Below, piece after piece: positions 56,402-64,000 of a stretch of DNA of 64,000 nucleotides. The number at the start of each line of letters is the position of its first letter. The first letter of the stretch is position 1. This stretch comes from Thermoplasmata archaeon (GTDB lineage Archaea; Thermoplasmatota; DTKX01; DATEUP01), in the NCBI GenBank assembly GCA_041499475.1, contig JBGQKI010000007.1, positions 30,812-94,811 of the forward strand, read 5' to 3'. The notes beneath the pieces are model-generated. The model had not been told where the DNA came from. It was given only the letters and a program-made list of their open reading frames with translations, and ran no database searches. The position numbers and the translations under genes are program-made.

Positions 56402-57017
56402 TGCGGTGGAGGATGTCCGTGGTGCGGTCGAGCATCACGCCTGCGTCCTTCAGGTGGTGGTAGATCTCCCGGCGGCGCAGCGCCACATTCACATTGGATT
56501 CGAGCGCGATTTCGCCCAAGGTGTCGAAGTAGGTCTCCCGCACATTTTCCACGCTACCGCGGATGGCCGGGATCTCCATCTCGCTCTTGGCCGCGTCGTC
56601 GGCCAGGTGTGCGACCGCGGCCGCGACCGACGCGGTCCCCGCCGACAGGTGCTCGCCGAAGCGCGCGTAGAACGGCTGGGGCGGCAGCACGCCGAGCGCC
56701 GAGGCCTCGCGCACCGTGTCCCTCGCGTAATCGAACACGAGGTCGAGCTGCCGCGACACTTCGTAGAGGTCGCCGCGGTCGATCGGCGTCGAGAAGGCCT
56801 CGACGAGGATCGCCTCCATCTTCATTCGCGCCGCGTCGGCCTCCTTGGCCCGCTCGAGGACCGCGAGCGCCAGGCGGTCTTCCCCGCGCTCCAGCCACTC
56901 TGCAAACGATGCCACACCCTCCCTCGTGATCTCGGCCTGCAGGGTCAACATCGCCAGGAAGTCGTGCTCGACGGGGAAGATGTTCGCGATCCACCTGCGC
57001 TTCGTTTTCTCGGGCAA
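56382..57017 (-). CDS. DUF47/PhoU-like phosphate-transport regulator (TIGR00153-like)
   Basis: 211 aa, helical, with ...FSTPIDRGDLYEVSRQLD... and ...RREIYHHLKDAGVMLDRTTDIL.... It lies immediately downstream of the PiT transporter gene. Confidence 0.8.
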   Translation of the reverse strand: MPEKTKRRWIANIFPVEHDFLAMLTLQAEITREGVASFAEWLERGEDRLALAVLERAKEADAARMKMEAILVEAFSTPIDRGDLYEVSRQLDLVFDYARDTVREASALGVLPPQPFYARFGEHLSAGTASVAAAVAHLADDAAKSEMEIPAIRGSVENVRETYFDTLGEIALESNVNVALRRREIYHHLKDAGVMLDRTTDILHRIIVRVL

Positions 57018-57032
57018 CGCTTCCCCCTCCCG

Positions 57033-58076
57033 TTAGAACCCGAGCCCGAAGTGCAGCGCCGCTTCGATCGCGGCCGCGACGGCCGCCGCCGCGGGGATCG
57101 TCGTACCCCAGGCCTGCAAGATGTGCTTTGCGACGCCCCAGCGCACGGCAGCGGGGTGCTCGGCGGCGCCGACCCCCATCACGCTCGTGGCGACCACGTG
57201 GGTCGTCGACACCGGCGCGCCAAACGCCGTGGCCCCGAAGATCACGGCCGCGGAGGCCACCTGCGAATCGAAGGAGTGCACCGGCTCGAGCTTGAAGATG
57301 CGCCGGCCGAGGGTTTTCATGATGGGCCAACCGCCGCCGAGCGTCCCGGCCGTGATGACCGAGAGGATAACGCCGCGAACCCAAAGCGGCACTTGCTCCT
57401 CCGTCCCGAGCCCCGAGGAGAGGAGGATCACAAGGAAGACGCCCATCGCTTTCTGGCCGTCGTTCGAGCCGTGCGCGAATGAGAGGACGGAACTCGTGAG
57501 CAGCTGCAGCCGCTTGAGCCAGACGTTCACCTTGAACTTCGCGTTGCGCAGCGCAACCTTCACGGACTTATGGAGCGCAAAGGCCGCGAGGAACCCGAGC
57601 GCCGGCGAGAGCACGAGCGCGAGCAGCACCCCTGCAAAACCGCTGATCGGGTGGTGGAGGGGGTCGGCGAGCCACGCCTGGCCCCAATTGACCTTGTCGG
57701 GCCCGAGCGCCACGAGCCCGGCGCCCACGAGGCCCCCCACGAGCGCGTGCGAGGAGCTCGAGGGCAAGCCGAGCCGCCACGCGGTCAAATTCCAGACTAC
57801 GGCGCCGGCGAGCGCGGCGCCCACGATCGAGGTCCCGTGGATGTCGTTGGGCACGCTCACCATTTTGGAGATCGTGTTGGCGACCGCGCTGCCGCCCACG
57901 AGCACGCCGAGGCCGCCCGCCCCGGCCGCAATCAGCACCGCGTTGCGCGGGGACGCCGCTCCGCAAGCGATCGTCGTAGCCACGACCGCGCTGGCGTCGT
58001 TGAACCCATTCGTGAAAGAGAAGAAGAGGAGGAAGAAGAGGGCGAAGACGATGACCGTCCAGGCAGCGAAGTCCAC
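57033..58076 (-). CDS. pit: Inorganic phosphate transporter, PiT (PHO4) family
   Basis: GFNDASAVVATTIA and HGSNDGQKAMGV signatures are present. The start was moved to GTG 58076 (VDFAAWTVIV...), because the upstream 54 codons are Arg/Pro/Gly-rich and unlikely to be coding. Confidence 0.85.
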   Translation of the reverse strand: MDFAAWTVIVFALFFLLFFSFTNGFNDASAVVATTIACGAASPRNAVLIAAGAGGLGVLVGGSAVANTISKMVSVPNDIHGTSIVGAALAGAVVWNLTAWRLGLPSSSSHALVGGLVGAGLVALGPDKVNWGQAWLADPLHHPISGFAGVLLALVLSPALGFLAAFALHKSVKVALRNAKFKVNVWLKRLQLLTSSVLSFAHGSNDGQKAMGVFLVILLSSGLGTEEQVPLWVRGVILSVITAGTLGGGWPIMKTLGRRIFKLEPVHSFDSQVASAAVIFGATAFGAPVSTTHVVATSVMGVGAAEHPAAVRWGVAKHILQAWGTTIPAAAAVAAAIEAALHFGLGF

Positions 58077-58147
58077 GGCGCAGCGCTCCGGCTGCGGCCT
58101 TCCGGCCGCGCCCGCGCAACCGCGCCCAGGTATAACGGGCTTCGCCC

Positions 58148-58915
58148 TCACCGGCGCCTTAGCGCTGCTTCGCCGCGCGCCTCCGGCGTGGTGGCAACGG
58201 CGCGGGCCACGGGGCGCGCCGTCGCGCCCGGCCTCCATTCGAAGTAGCCGCCACGGTCGGTAACCGTGTTGCCGCGCGCGAGCGACTGCCCCGCATCATC
58301 GAACGCCTCCAAGGTCACTTCCCTGCCCTCCCGCACATCGGCGTAATACATCCCGTCCGCGCGGACAGCGCCGCCGTCCTCGGGCGTCAGCGCGAGGGTC
58401 AGGTTGTGGCCCCGCACGACCTTCTCCCCGAGCATTCGGTAACCGCGGTAGAGGACCAGCGGCTCCCGGCTCTCGTCTCCCTTCCCTGCAACCACCTGCC
58501 CCACAAACAGGGTGTGGTCGCCGACGCGGTGCGCCGCAACCAGCTTGCACTCCAGCTGCGCGAGCGAACCCTCCAGCATCGAGGCGCCGATGGCGACCCC
58601 CGGGCGCGTCGCGAACGAGGACGACGAGAGCTTGTCGGCCTCGCGCCGCGAGAAGCCCCCCGCAAACGAGGTGAGCGGGAACTGCCCTCGGGCCGCCATG
58701 TTCACGCCGAACTCCTTCGACTCCTCGATCGCGGCGTGCGTCACGTGGTGCGGGTTCACCGCCACGCCGACGAGGAGCGGATCGTACGAGAGGTTGAAGG
58801 TCCACTCGGCCGCCATCACGTTGTCACCGTGCGATGAGCGTGTCGTGATCAGGGCGACCGTCGTGAGGAAATAGCGGTCGAGGTCTTCCTGCGGCGGGGC
58901 GGCCATTTTCAGCAT
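58148..58915 (-). CDS. Flavin reductase-like (FMN-binding split-barrel) protein with a ~70-aa C-terminal extension
   Basis: TTVALITTRSSHGDNVMAAEW...PLLVGVAV......FGVNM....AHRVGDHTLFVGQVV is the Flavin_Reduct pattern. Confidence 0.7.
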   Translation of the reverse strand: MLKMAAPPQEDLDRYFLTTVALITTRSSHGDNVMAAEWTFNLSYDPLLVGVAVNPHHVTHAAIEESKEFGVNMAARGQFPLTSFAGGFSRREADKLSSSSFATRPGVAIGASMLEGSLAQLECKLVAAHRVGDHTLFVGQVVAGKGDESREPLVLYRGYRMLGEKVVRGHNLTLALTPEDGGAVRADGMYYADVREGREVTLEAFDDAGQSLARGNTVTDRGGYFEWRPGATARPVARAVATTPEARGEAALRRR

Positions 58916-59027
58916 GGGGGGTTCCTTCGTTCCGGGCTACATAGTGACTGCGTCCGGGCGGCGCCTTGAATCCGCTCGCGAACCCCTCGTGCCCGAGCCA
59001 CCCAAACGCTTATAGCCGGTTCTTAGG

Positions 59028-59153
59028 ATGCGCGGCCCCGGTGCATCTCTGAAGCGGTCTTCGCGCGCATGGAAGAAGCGCGGTAAGCAGCGCTGGAAGT
59101 GGCGGAAAAAGAAGATGCGCCGGCGCAAACGGCTCGCACGGCAGCGCAGGTAG
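59028..59153 (+). CDS. rpl41e: Ribosomal protein eL41 (L41e), 41 aa, not in the ORF track
   Basis: Hand translation gives MRGPGASLKRSSRAWKKRGKQRWKWRKKKMRRRKRLARQRR. It closely parallels my recollection of archaeal L41e, quoted from memory and not verified (for example ...KRSSRRWKKKGRMRWKW.KKR.RRLKR.RK...). An in-frame TAG lies 12 nt upstream of the ATG. Confidence 0.75.
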   Translation: MRGPGASLKRSSRAWKKRGKQRWKWRKKKMRRRKRLARQRR

Positions 59154-59233
59154 GCTCGGGCGCGGGCCGCAAATCCAACCAAGGCAGCGCACGCGCCGCC
59201 CGCTCGACCTTCCTTCCGCTCGTTTCCGAAGCG

Positions 59234-59241
59234 TTTTATAG
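59234..59241 (+). promoter_or_regulatory. TATA box candidate (TTTTATAG) for the 59287 gene
   Basis: An A/T island ~50 nt upstream of GTG 59287, with a G-rich SD-like GGATGGGGGG in between. Confidence 0.4.
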
Positions 59242-59286
59242 CGCTAACCGCCGATCCCCGCAATCCATTCTGGATGGGGGGCGCAC

Positions 59287-62200
59287 GTGCTGGTCGACAG
59301 GAAACCGAAGGCGGCGCTCTCGGTTGCGCTCGCGCTCATGCTGGCACTGCCAACGTTGGGCGCCGTGGGCGGCGCCGCGGTCGGGGCGCTCCTGCCCCCG
59401 GCACCTGGACCTTTTCCGAACGGCACCGTGCCCAACGGCACTTTCTCGAACGGGACATTCCCGAACGGTACCTTGCCAAACATTACCTTTCCGAACGGCA
59501 CCCTACCGAACGGGACCCGTCCCAACGGCACGCGCCCCGGCCCCAACTTCGGGAATGTGCCGGCCTTCACCGAAATCACCGCTCAAGCCGGCCTTGCCGA
59601 CCTCGGCTTCTCGCGCCTCGAATGGGGCGACTACGACGCCGACGGCTACGACGACATCATGTTCAACGGGGGCGTGCTCTACCACAATAACCGCGACGGG
59701 ACGTTCTCTGACGTCTCGGTCGTCTCCGGGACGCGCGGCCCCTTCACCGGCGGCGCGTGGGGCGACTACAACAATGACGGCCGCCTCGACTACTACGCCA
59801 CCGCGTGGGGCGGCACCTGGGACACGCTCTTGCGCAACAACGGCGACGGGACGTTCACCAATGTAACGGCGGTGGCAGGGATGGTCAAGGACGACCTGCC
59901 CTCCGAGGCCGCCGCGTGGGCCGACTACAACCGGGACGGCTGCCTCGACTTGTATGTCGCCAATTACGAGTGGCCGCCCCTCGACACCACCACGGGCGTC
60001 TCCTTCGGCACCCCGAACATCCTCTGGCGCAACAACTGCGACGGCACCTTCACCAACGCGACGCTCTCCGCGGGCGTGTACGAGGACCGCCGCTCCCGGG
60101 GCGTCGTCTGGGGCGACTTCAACAACGACGGGTGGCCCGACCTTTATGTTTCCAATTACCGCCTCGACCCGAACGAGCTTTGGGTCAACAACGGCAACGG
60201 CAGCTTCACCGACCGCGCCAAGGCGCTCGGCGTCGACTGCGACAACGCCACGCCGCTGCCCAATCCGACCGGCGCTTGCGGGCACTCGATCGGGGCGGAT
60301 TTCGCCGACTTCAACAACGACGGGTACCTCGACCTGTATGTCGCCAATCTCGCGCACCCGCGGGGCCTGCCCACGGGGGACGACACCTCCCAGATGTACC
60401 TCAACCGCGGGCCCCCAAACTACAATTTCGTGAACATCCGCGAGGCGTCGGGAATCCTCTACTGCGAGACGGCCTCCAACCCCACCTTCGGTGATTTTGA
60501 TGCCGATGGTCACATGGACCTCTATGTCACGAGCATCTACGCGAACCGGACGGCTCACCTCTACCACAATCTGCAGAACGGGGACGGCAATTCCGTCGTG
60601 CCCATGGACGACGTGACCCGACAAACAGCCACGGGTATTGACAACGGGTGGGGCGCCGGTTGGTCGGACTACGACCGCGATGGCGACCTCGACTTGCTCG
60701 TGGCGTCCGCGACGGGCGTCAAGCTCTACCGCAACCCGGGGAACAACGGCTCCTACATCGAGCTCGAACTCGTTGGGCGCAACTCCAACAGGGCCGCCAT
60801 CGGAGCCGTCGTGGGGGTGAGCGCCGACATCGCCGGCAACTCGAACACGCCCGCCCGTTACCAGGAAGTCCAAGGCGGCGATGGCACCGGCTCGCAGTCG
60901 TCGCTGCGGCTGTTCTTCGGCAACCCCGAGCAAACGGACCGCGTGCGCGTCCACATCCGCTGGCCCTCGGGCCTTTCCCAGAACCTCACGCTGGGCACCC
61001 GCCAGATCTACAAGGTCGAGGAACCCGAGGGCGTCGTCGACCTTGGCGTCACCTCGCTTACGGCCTCGCCCGCCAACCCCGTCGCCGGCGAGCAGGTCAT
61101 CCTCACAGCGACCATTTCCTCGATTGGCACCGCCCCGGCGACTTCGGGCACCTTCGTCCTCTACCATGACGGCATCCAGCCTTCGAACGAGATCGCCCGC
61201 CGGAGCTTCGGCTCGATCGCGACCAGCCAAAACTTCTCGATCGCCTACACCACGCAGCTTGGCGCGACCACCCTGAGGATCTATGGGAGTCTCGAGAACA
61301 TTCAGCCGCAGGACCAGAACCCGGCGAACGACATCGTGGTCGAGACGCTGACCTTCCGCTCGGCCAACCTCGCGCCGGTCGCCAACCTCACCGCGAGCCC
61401 CACCTCAGCGGAGGTCGGCCAAAGTGTGAACTTCGACGGCTCGCACTCGAGCGACGATTCGGCCGTCTCCCAATACATCTTCGACTTCGGCGACGGCGCC
61501 TCCTCGCTCCAAAACGAGTCGGGCGCGAACCACACCTACGCCCAACCGGGCTCTTTCACCGCGCGGCTCACGGTCATCGACGACAACGGGTTGCCCTCGC
61601 AGAACGATGCCAGCGTCGCCGTCTCCGTTCACATCGCCGGCCAGCAGCCCCCTACCGCATTCATCGACTCCATCGACCCGCCCTCGCCGGAGATGGTCGG
61701 CACCGCCATAACCTTTGAAGGCCACGGCGTCGCCTCCGGCGCCGCCATCACCGGGTTCGAATGGACGAGTTCCATCGACGGCAGCCTCTCCATCCAATCG
61801 GTGTTCCAGACGACGCACCTCTCGACGGGTCAGCACGTCATTTCGTTTAGGGTAAAGGACGCAAACGGGCAATGGTCCGACCCCGCCACCGCCTCCTACC
61901 GCATCGCTTTGTCGGGCGCGGTACAGATCGTCTTCAGGAATCTCGTCGACGACTTCCATGTCCGTGGGGCGCAGACAGTCAACGGGACGGCCGTCGGCCC
62001 GCAGGGCGTGACGGTGACTCGAATTGAATGGCGCGTCGACCAATCGAACTTCCAATTCGCCACAGGGACCACGGAGTGGAATTTCGACCTGGACACCTCG
62101 ACCTATGGGCTGGGGCCGCACGACATCACGGTGCGGGCCACCGATTCCGACGGCCTGAAGACGACGCGGACCCTGCATGTCGTCTTCGACACGGCGGCCG

Positions 62201-62475
62201 TGGGCACCGGGAGCTCCTTGACGGTCCTGCTCGCGGTGGGATCTGGAGCCGTGCTCGTGGCCGGCATTGTGGCGGCCGTCGCGCTCCGTGCCCGCCGGAA
62301 GAGGCCCGCCCTTGCGCCCGAACTCCGGCGGCTCCCGATCGTCGCGCCGCCGCCACCGATCGCGCCGCTTGCGGTGCCGCCGCGCAACGCCCTGCCGCAG
62401 GCGCCCCGGCGCCGCGTGAAGGCCGTCGCAATCGAAACGAAGTCGCCGCCCGCGCTGGGGCCGCCCGGCCGTTGA
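59287..62475 (+). CDS. Membrane-anchored FG-GAP/VCBS + UnbV/ASPIC (CRTAC1-like) protein with CARDB and PKD modules, one TM and a Pro-rich cytoplasmic tail
   Basis: A signal peptide and the PNGTx repeat are followed by FG-GAP motifs (WGDYDADGYDDI, WGDYNNDGRLD, WADYNRDGCLDLYV, FADFNNDGYLDLYV, GDFDADGHMDLYV). The ASPIC core is ELVGRNSNRAAIGAVV...QGGDGTGSQSS. The PKD module is FDGSHSSDD...YIFDFGDG. The TM is LTVLLAVGSGAVLVAGIVAAVAL. Confidence 0.85.
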   Translation: MLVDRKPKAALSVALALMLALPTLGAVGGAAVGALLPPAPGPFPNGTVPNGTFSNGTFPNGTLPNITFPNGTLPNGTRPNGTRPGPNFGNVPAFTEITAQAGLADLGFSRLEWGDYDADGYDDIMFNGGVLYHNNRDGTFSDVSVVSGTRGPFTGGAWGDYNNDGRLDYYATAWGGTWDTLLRNNGDGTFTNVTAVAGMVKDDLPSEAAAWADYNRDGCLDLYVANYEWPPLDTTTGVSFGTPNILWRNNCDGTFTNATLSAGVYEDRRSRGVVWGDFNNDGWPDLYVSNYRLDPNELWVNNGNGSFTDRAKALGVDCDNATPLPNPTGACGHSIGADFADFNNDGYLDLYVANLAHPRGLPTGDDTSQMYLNRGPPNYNFVNIREASGILYCETASNPTFGDFDADGHMDLYVTSIYANRTAHLYHNLQNGDGNSVVPMDDVTRQTATGIDNGWGAGWSDYDRDGDLDLLVASATGVKLYRNPGNNGSYIELELVGRNSNRAAIGAVVGVSADIAGNSNTPARYQEVQGGDGTGSQSSLRLFFGNPEQTDRVRVHIRWPSGLSQNLTLGTRQIYKVEEPEGVVDLGVTSLTASPANPVAGEQVILTATISSIGTAPATSGTFVLYHDGIQPSNEIARRSFGSIATSQNFSIAYTTQLGATTLRIYGSLENIQPQDQNPANDIVVETLTFRSANLAPVANLTASPTSAEVGQSVNFDGSHSSDDSAVSQYIFDFGDGASSLQNESGANHTYAQPGSFTARLTVIDDNGLPSQNDASVAVSVHIAGQQPPTAFIDSIDPPSPEMVGTAITFEGHGVASGAAITGFEWTSSIDGSLSIQSVFQTTHLSTGQHVISFRVKDANGQWSDPATASYRIALSGAVQIVFRNLVDDFHVRGAQTVNGTAVGPQGVTVTRIEWRVDQSNFQFATGTTEWNFDLDTSTYGLGPHDITVRATDSDGLKTTRTLHVVFDTAAVGTGSSLTVLLAVGSGAVLVAGIVAAVALRARRKRPALAPELRRLPIVAPPPPIAPLAVPPRNALPQAPRRRVKAVAIETKSPPALGPPGR
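59416..59535 (+). repeat. Eight tandem 15-bp coding repeats (consensus CCGAACGGCACCNTN) encoding (P/S)N(G/I)Tx pentapeptides
   Basis: Read directly. The encoded pentapeptides are PNGTV PNGTF SNGTF PNGTL PNITF PNGTL PNGTR PNGTR, and each unit is an N-x-T sequon. Confidence 0.9.
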
Positions 62476-62502
62476 ACGCCGCACGCCCCGAGCCGCTAAC
62501 CC

Positions 62503-62510
62503 TTAAGTAG
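62503..62510 (+). promoter_or_regulatory. TATA-like box (CTTAAGTA) upstream of tRNA-Trp
   Basis: An A/T patch ~30 nt upstream of the tRNA 5' end at 62538. Confidence 0.4.
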
Positions 62511-62537
62511 AGCCCGCCCGTTTTGCGCGTCCTCCAT

Positions 62538-62725
62538 GGGGACATGGGGTAATCTGGCATCCTCGCTGGCTCCAGTTACGAGAGTGATGAGAAACGGGTA
62601 TGCGGTACGGTCAATCGCGATCAATGCCGATTAACTGGAGCGCACGACTCGTAAGCTCATCCGGGCGGCTTCAAACCGCGCGGAGAAGATACCAGCTGAT
62701 CTGGGTTCAAATCCCAGTGTCCCCA
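62538..62725 (+). tRNA. tRNA-Trp (anticodon CCA) interrupted by a 115-nt intron (62576-62690) at the canonical 37/38 position
   Basis: Folded by hand. Acceptor GGGGACA/TGTCCCC, D arm GGGT..TCCT, anticodon stem GCTGG/CCAGC, loop CTCCAG|intron|A, variable TGAT, T arm CTGGG-TTCAAAT-CCCAG, discriminator A. Confidence 0.8.
62576..62690 (+). ncRNA. tRNA-Trp intron with box C/D sRNA-like elements
   Basis: Box C GTGATGA lies at 62584-62590. A 7-bp terminal stem pairs TTACGAG (62576-82) with CTCGTAA (62648-54). The 10-nt segment TAACTGGAGC is antisense to GCTCCAGTTA, which spans the anticodon. The D box is only degenerate (ACGA). Confidence 0.45.
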
Positions 62726-62747
62726 CCTCCGCCCGCCGAGCGGACGC

Positions 62748-63080
62748 TCACGGCTTCGTGATCTCTCGCAGCAGGGGCCCGTACGCTTTGCGCACGGCGT
62801 CGGCGAGGTCGCCGGCGGGCACAAGCGAAAGGCAGCAGACCTGTTCGCCCTTGTTCCACGCGACCACGGCAAGCTTGTCGCCGGCCTTGATCCCCGCTTT
62901 CTCGCGCACTTCCTTGGGCAGCACCATCTGGCCGCGGCCGTCAACCGTGACGACCGCCTCGACCGCGCACCAGCCCGCCATCGGCAGCGAACAGCACCCG
63001 GCTTCGCTCCCGCAGCAGTCCGCCCCGCAACAGTCGCCTTCGTCCGCGCTCTTGACATTCGTCCGTTTCGCCGTTGCCAT
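62748..63080 (-). CDS. AbrB/MazE/SpoVT-type DNA-binding protein with a Cys-rich N-terminal extension
   Basis: The swapped-hairpin motif is VTVDGRGQMVLPKEVREKAGIKAGDKLAVV. The N-terminus is DCCGADCCGSEAGCCSLPMAGWC, and there is an internal QVCCLS. Confidence 0.75.
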   Translation of the reverse strand: MATAKRTNVKSADEGDCCGADCCGSEAGCCSLPMAGWCAVEAVVTVDGRGQMVLPKEVREKAGIKAGDKLAVVAWNKGEQVCCLSLVPAGDLADAVRKAYGPLLREITKP

Positions 63081-63134
63081 CTTTTGCCCTCAGGCCCTCG
63101 AGGGCTCGCTAGGATTTAGCCTTTTCAGCATGTG

Positions 63135-63146
63135 CTGATTAATCAG
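63135..63146. promoter_or_regulatory. Perfect 12-bp palindrome CTGATTAATCAG in the divergent promoter region upstream of the AbrB-like gene
   Basis: Read directly. It lies 55-66 nt upstream of ATG 63080, is A/T-rich, and overlaps the likely TATA region. Confidence 0.4.
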
Positions 63147-63297
63147 AAACCGATGGAACTGCTTGCTCTCGCTCGCCGGGGATCGCTCCCCCGGCCAATG
63201 CGCCCTCCGCAACGTATTTCGAAGGGCGCGCCTTCTAACGCGCGTGGTTCGTCGGCACGCACACTGGAGGGGAACCCCCGTTGCCTGCTCGCTGGTG

Positions 63298-63912
63298 ATG
63301 GCCCTCCTGCTCCCGATGCTTCCGCTCGCGGCCGCGGAATTCGACGACCCGAACGACTACCAAACGACGCTCGACCTGGGCGTGCGTTCCCCCAGCAACA
63401 CCGTGACGGCCCCCTTCAACGTGACGGCGGACTTTTCGGGCCTTACCTTCCTCAACGTCATTGAGATCAACGCAACCAACGCCGTCCCGATCGACGTGTC
63501 AGTTTACCTGACCTCGCAGTATTCGCCTATCGCTCCTGACAATTCGACCGCCCTCCTGGAGGCATGGGGCGTCACTTTCTTCCGTCTTGAATTCAGGACG
63601 CTTGCATTGGTGACAAGCCCCGCTTCAAATCACACCGCCTCGGCCAAGATTGCTTCGAACTTCGCGGGGATGAACCCCGCGCCCCCGGACCAAGCTTACA
63701 TGGTGGTCCTCGAGAACAAGGCCCTTGATTCGGCCCATGTCGTCTATCGCCAGGACCGCGCCAGCACACTCTCCGAAGGGCCCCTCGCAGGCACGCTTGC
63801 ACTGGTGGTCGTTGCGATCGCCGGCGTTGGCGCCGTGTGCGCGATCGGATACTTGGTCCTGAAAAGGCGCTCCCGGCCGCAGAAGCCCGAGCCGCCGCGG
63901 CCGGGCCCTTGA
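63298..63912 (+). CDS. Hypothetical secreted protein with a C-terminal TM anchor
   Basis: The start was set at ATG 63298 (MALLLPMLPLAAAEF signal; GTG 63295 is also possible). Several N-x-S/T sequons are present. The C-terminal TM is LAGTLALVVVAIAGVGAVCAIGYLVL, followed by a KRRSRPQKPEPP tail. Confidence 0.5.
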   Translation: MALLLPMLPLAAAEFDDPNDYQTTLDLGVRSPSNTVTAPFNVTADFSGLTFLNVIEINATNAVPIDVSVYLTSQYSPIAPDNSTALLEAWGVTFFRLEFRTLALVTSPASNHTASAKIASNFAGMNPAPPDQAYMVVLENKALDSAHVVYRQDRASTLSEGPLAGTLALVVVAIAGVGAVCAIGYLVLKRRSRPQKPEPPRPGP

Positions 63913-64000
63913 ACGAGCCTTCCCGCACTGGCCCTACAATCGAACCCGGCGGCGGACGACAAGAAGTCCGGCCGCGCCGCCGCTCAAAAGCGTGGCGATA

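Noticed and set aside
59416-59535. A regular 15-bp tandem repeat that could be mistaken for a CRISPR-like or minisatellite array
   Set aside because: The units are contiguous with no spacers, in frame and coding (the PNGTx pentapeptide). No cas genes are present in the window.

Overview
Visibly GC-rich archaeal chromosomal segment with almost no non-coding space. Gene content looks euryarchaeal and possibly Thermoplasmatota-like (inference only): unsplit rpoB with split rpoA'/rpoA'', GatDE, an intron-containing tRNA-Trp, and PGF-CTERM surface proteins. The backbone is conserved information-processing DNA. This includes the operon rpoE'-spt4-DUF359 kinase-S24e-S27ae and the operon rpoH-rpoB-rpoA'-(extra ORF)-rpoA''-L30e-nusA. 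It also includes TFB, GlyRS-GatD-GatE, an AsnRS-like synthetase, tRNA-Arg(CCG), and two small genes absent from the ORF track (eL41 and a 46-aa zinc ribbon). Housekeeping and metabolic genes are interspersed: aconitase, pyrF, a tungsten-type aldehyde:ferredoxin oxidoreductase, an IscU/SufU-like scaffold, PiT plus DUF47, MgtE-like plus PhoU/TrkA-C, an amidohydrolase, a CBS protein and UspA. Five very large secreted or membrane-anchored proteins rich in N-glycosylation sequons are built from WD40, FG-GAP, PKD, CARDB and BNR modules. Most long ORFs on the opposite strand or in alternative frames are high-GC artefacts. No CRISPR array, integrase or transposase was seen. The observations most worth follow-up are listed here. 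(1) An uncharacterised ORF is translationally wedged between rpoA' and rpoA'', and RpoA'' carries an N-terminal HhH/acidic extension. (2) AOR is fused to a C-terminal MoaD/ThiS-like beta-grasp domain ending in GG, tail-to-tail with a stand-alone GG-terminated Ubl, next to an HTH regulator and a perfect 16-bp palindrome. (3) An AAA_16/TPR STAND-like ATPase has its Walker A upstream of any canonical start codon and carries a Roadblock/LC7-like insertion. (4) A 364-bp lower-GC intergenic region is packed with direct and inverted copies of GAGCGTGA. (5) An AbrB-type regulator has four vicinal Cys-Cys pairs. (6) A 1,934-aa protein appears to be an extracellular glycosylated WD40 protein.
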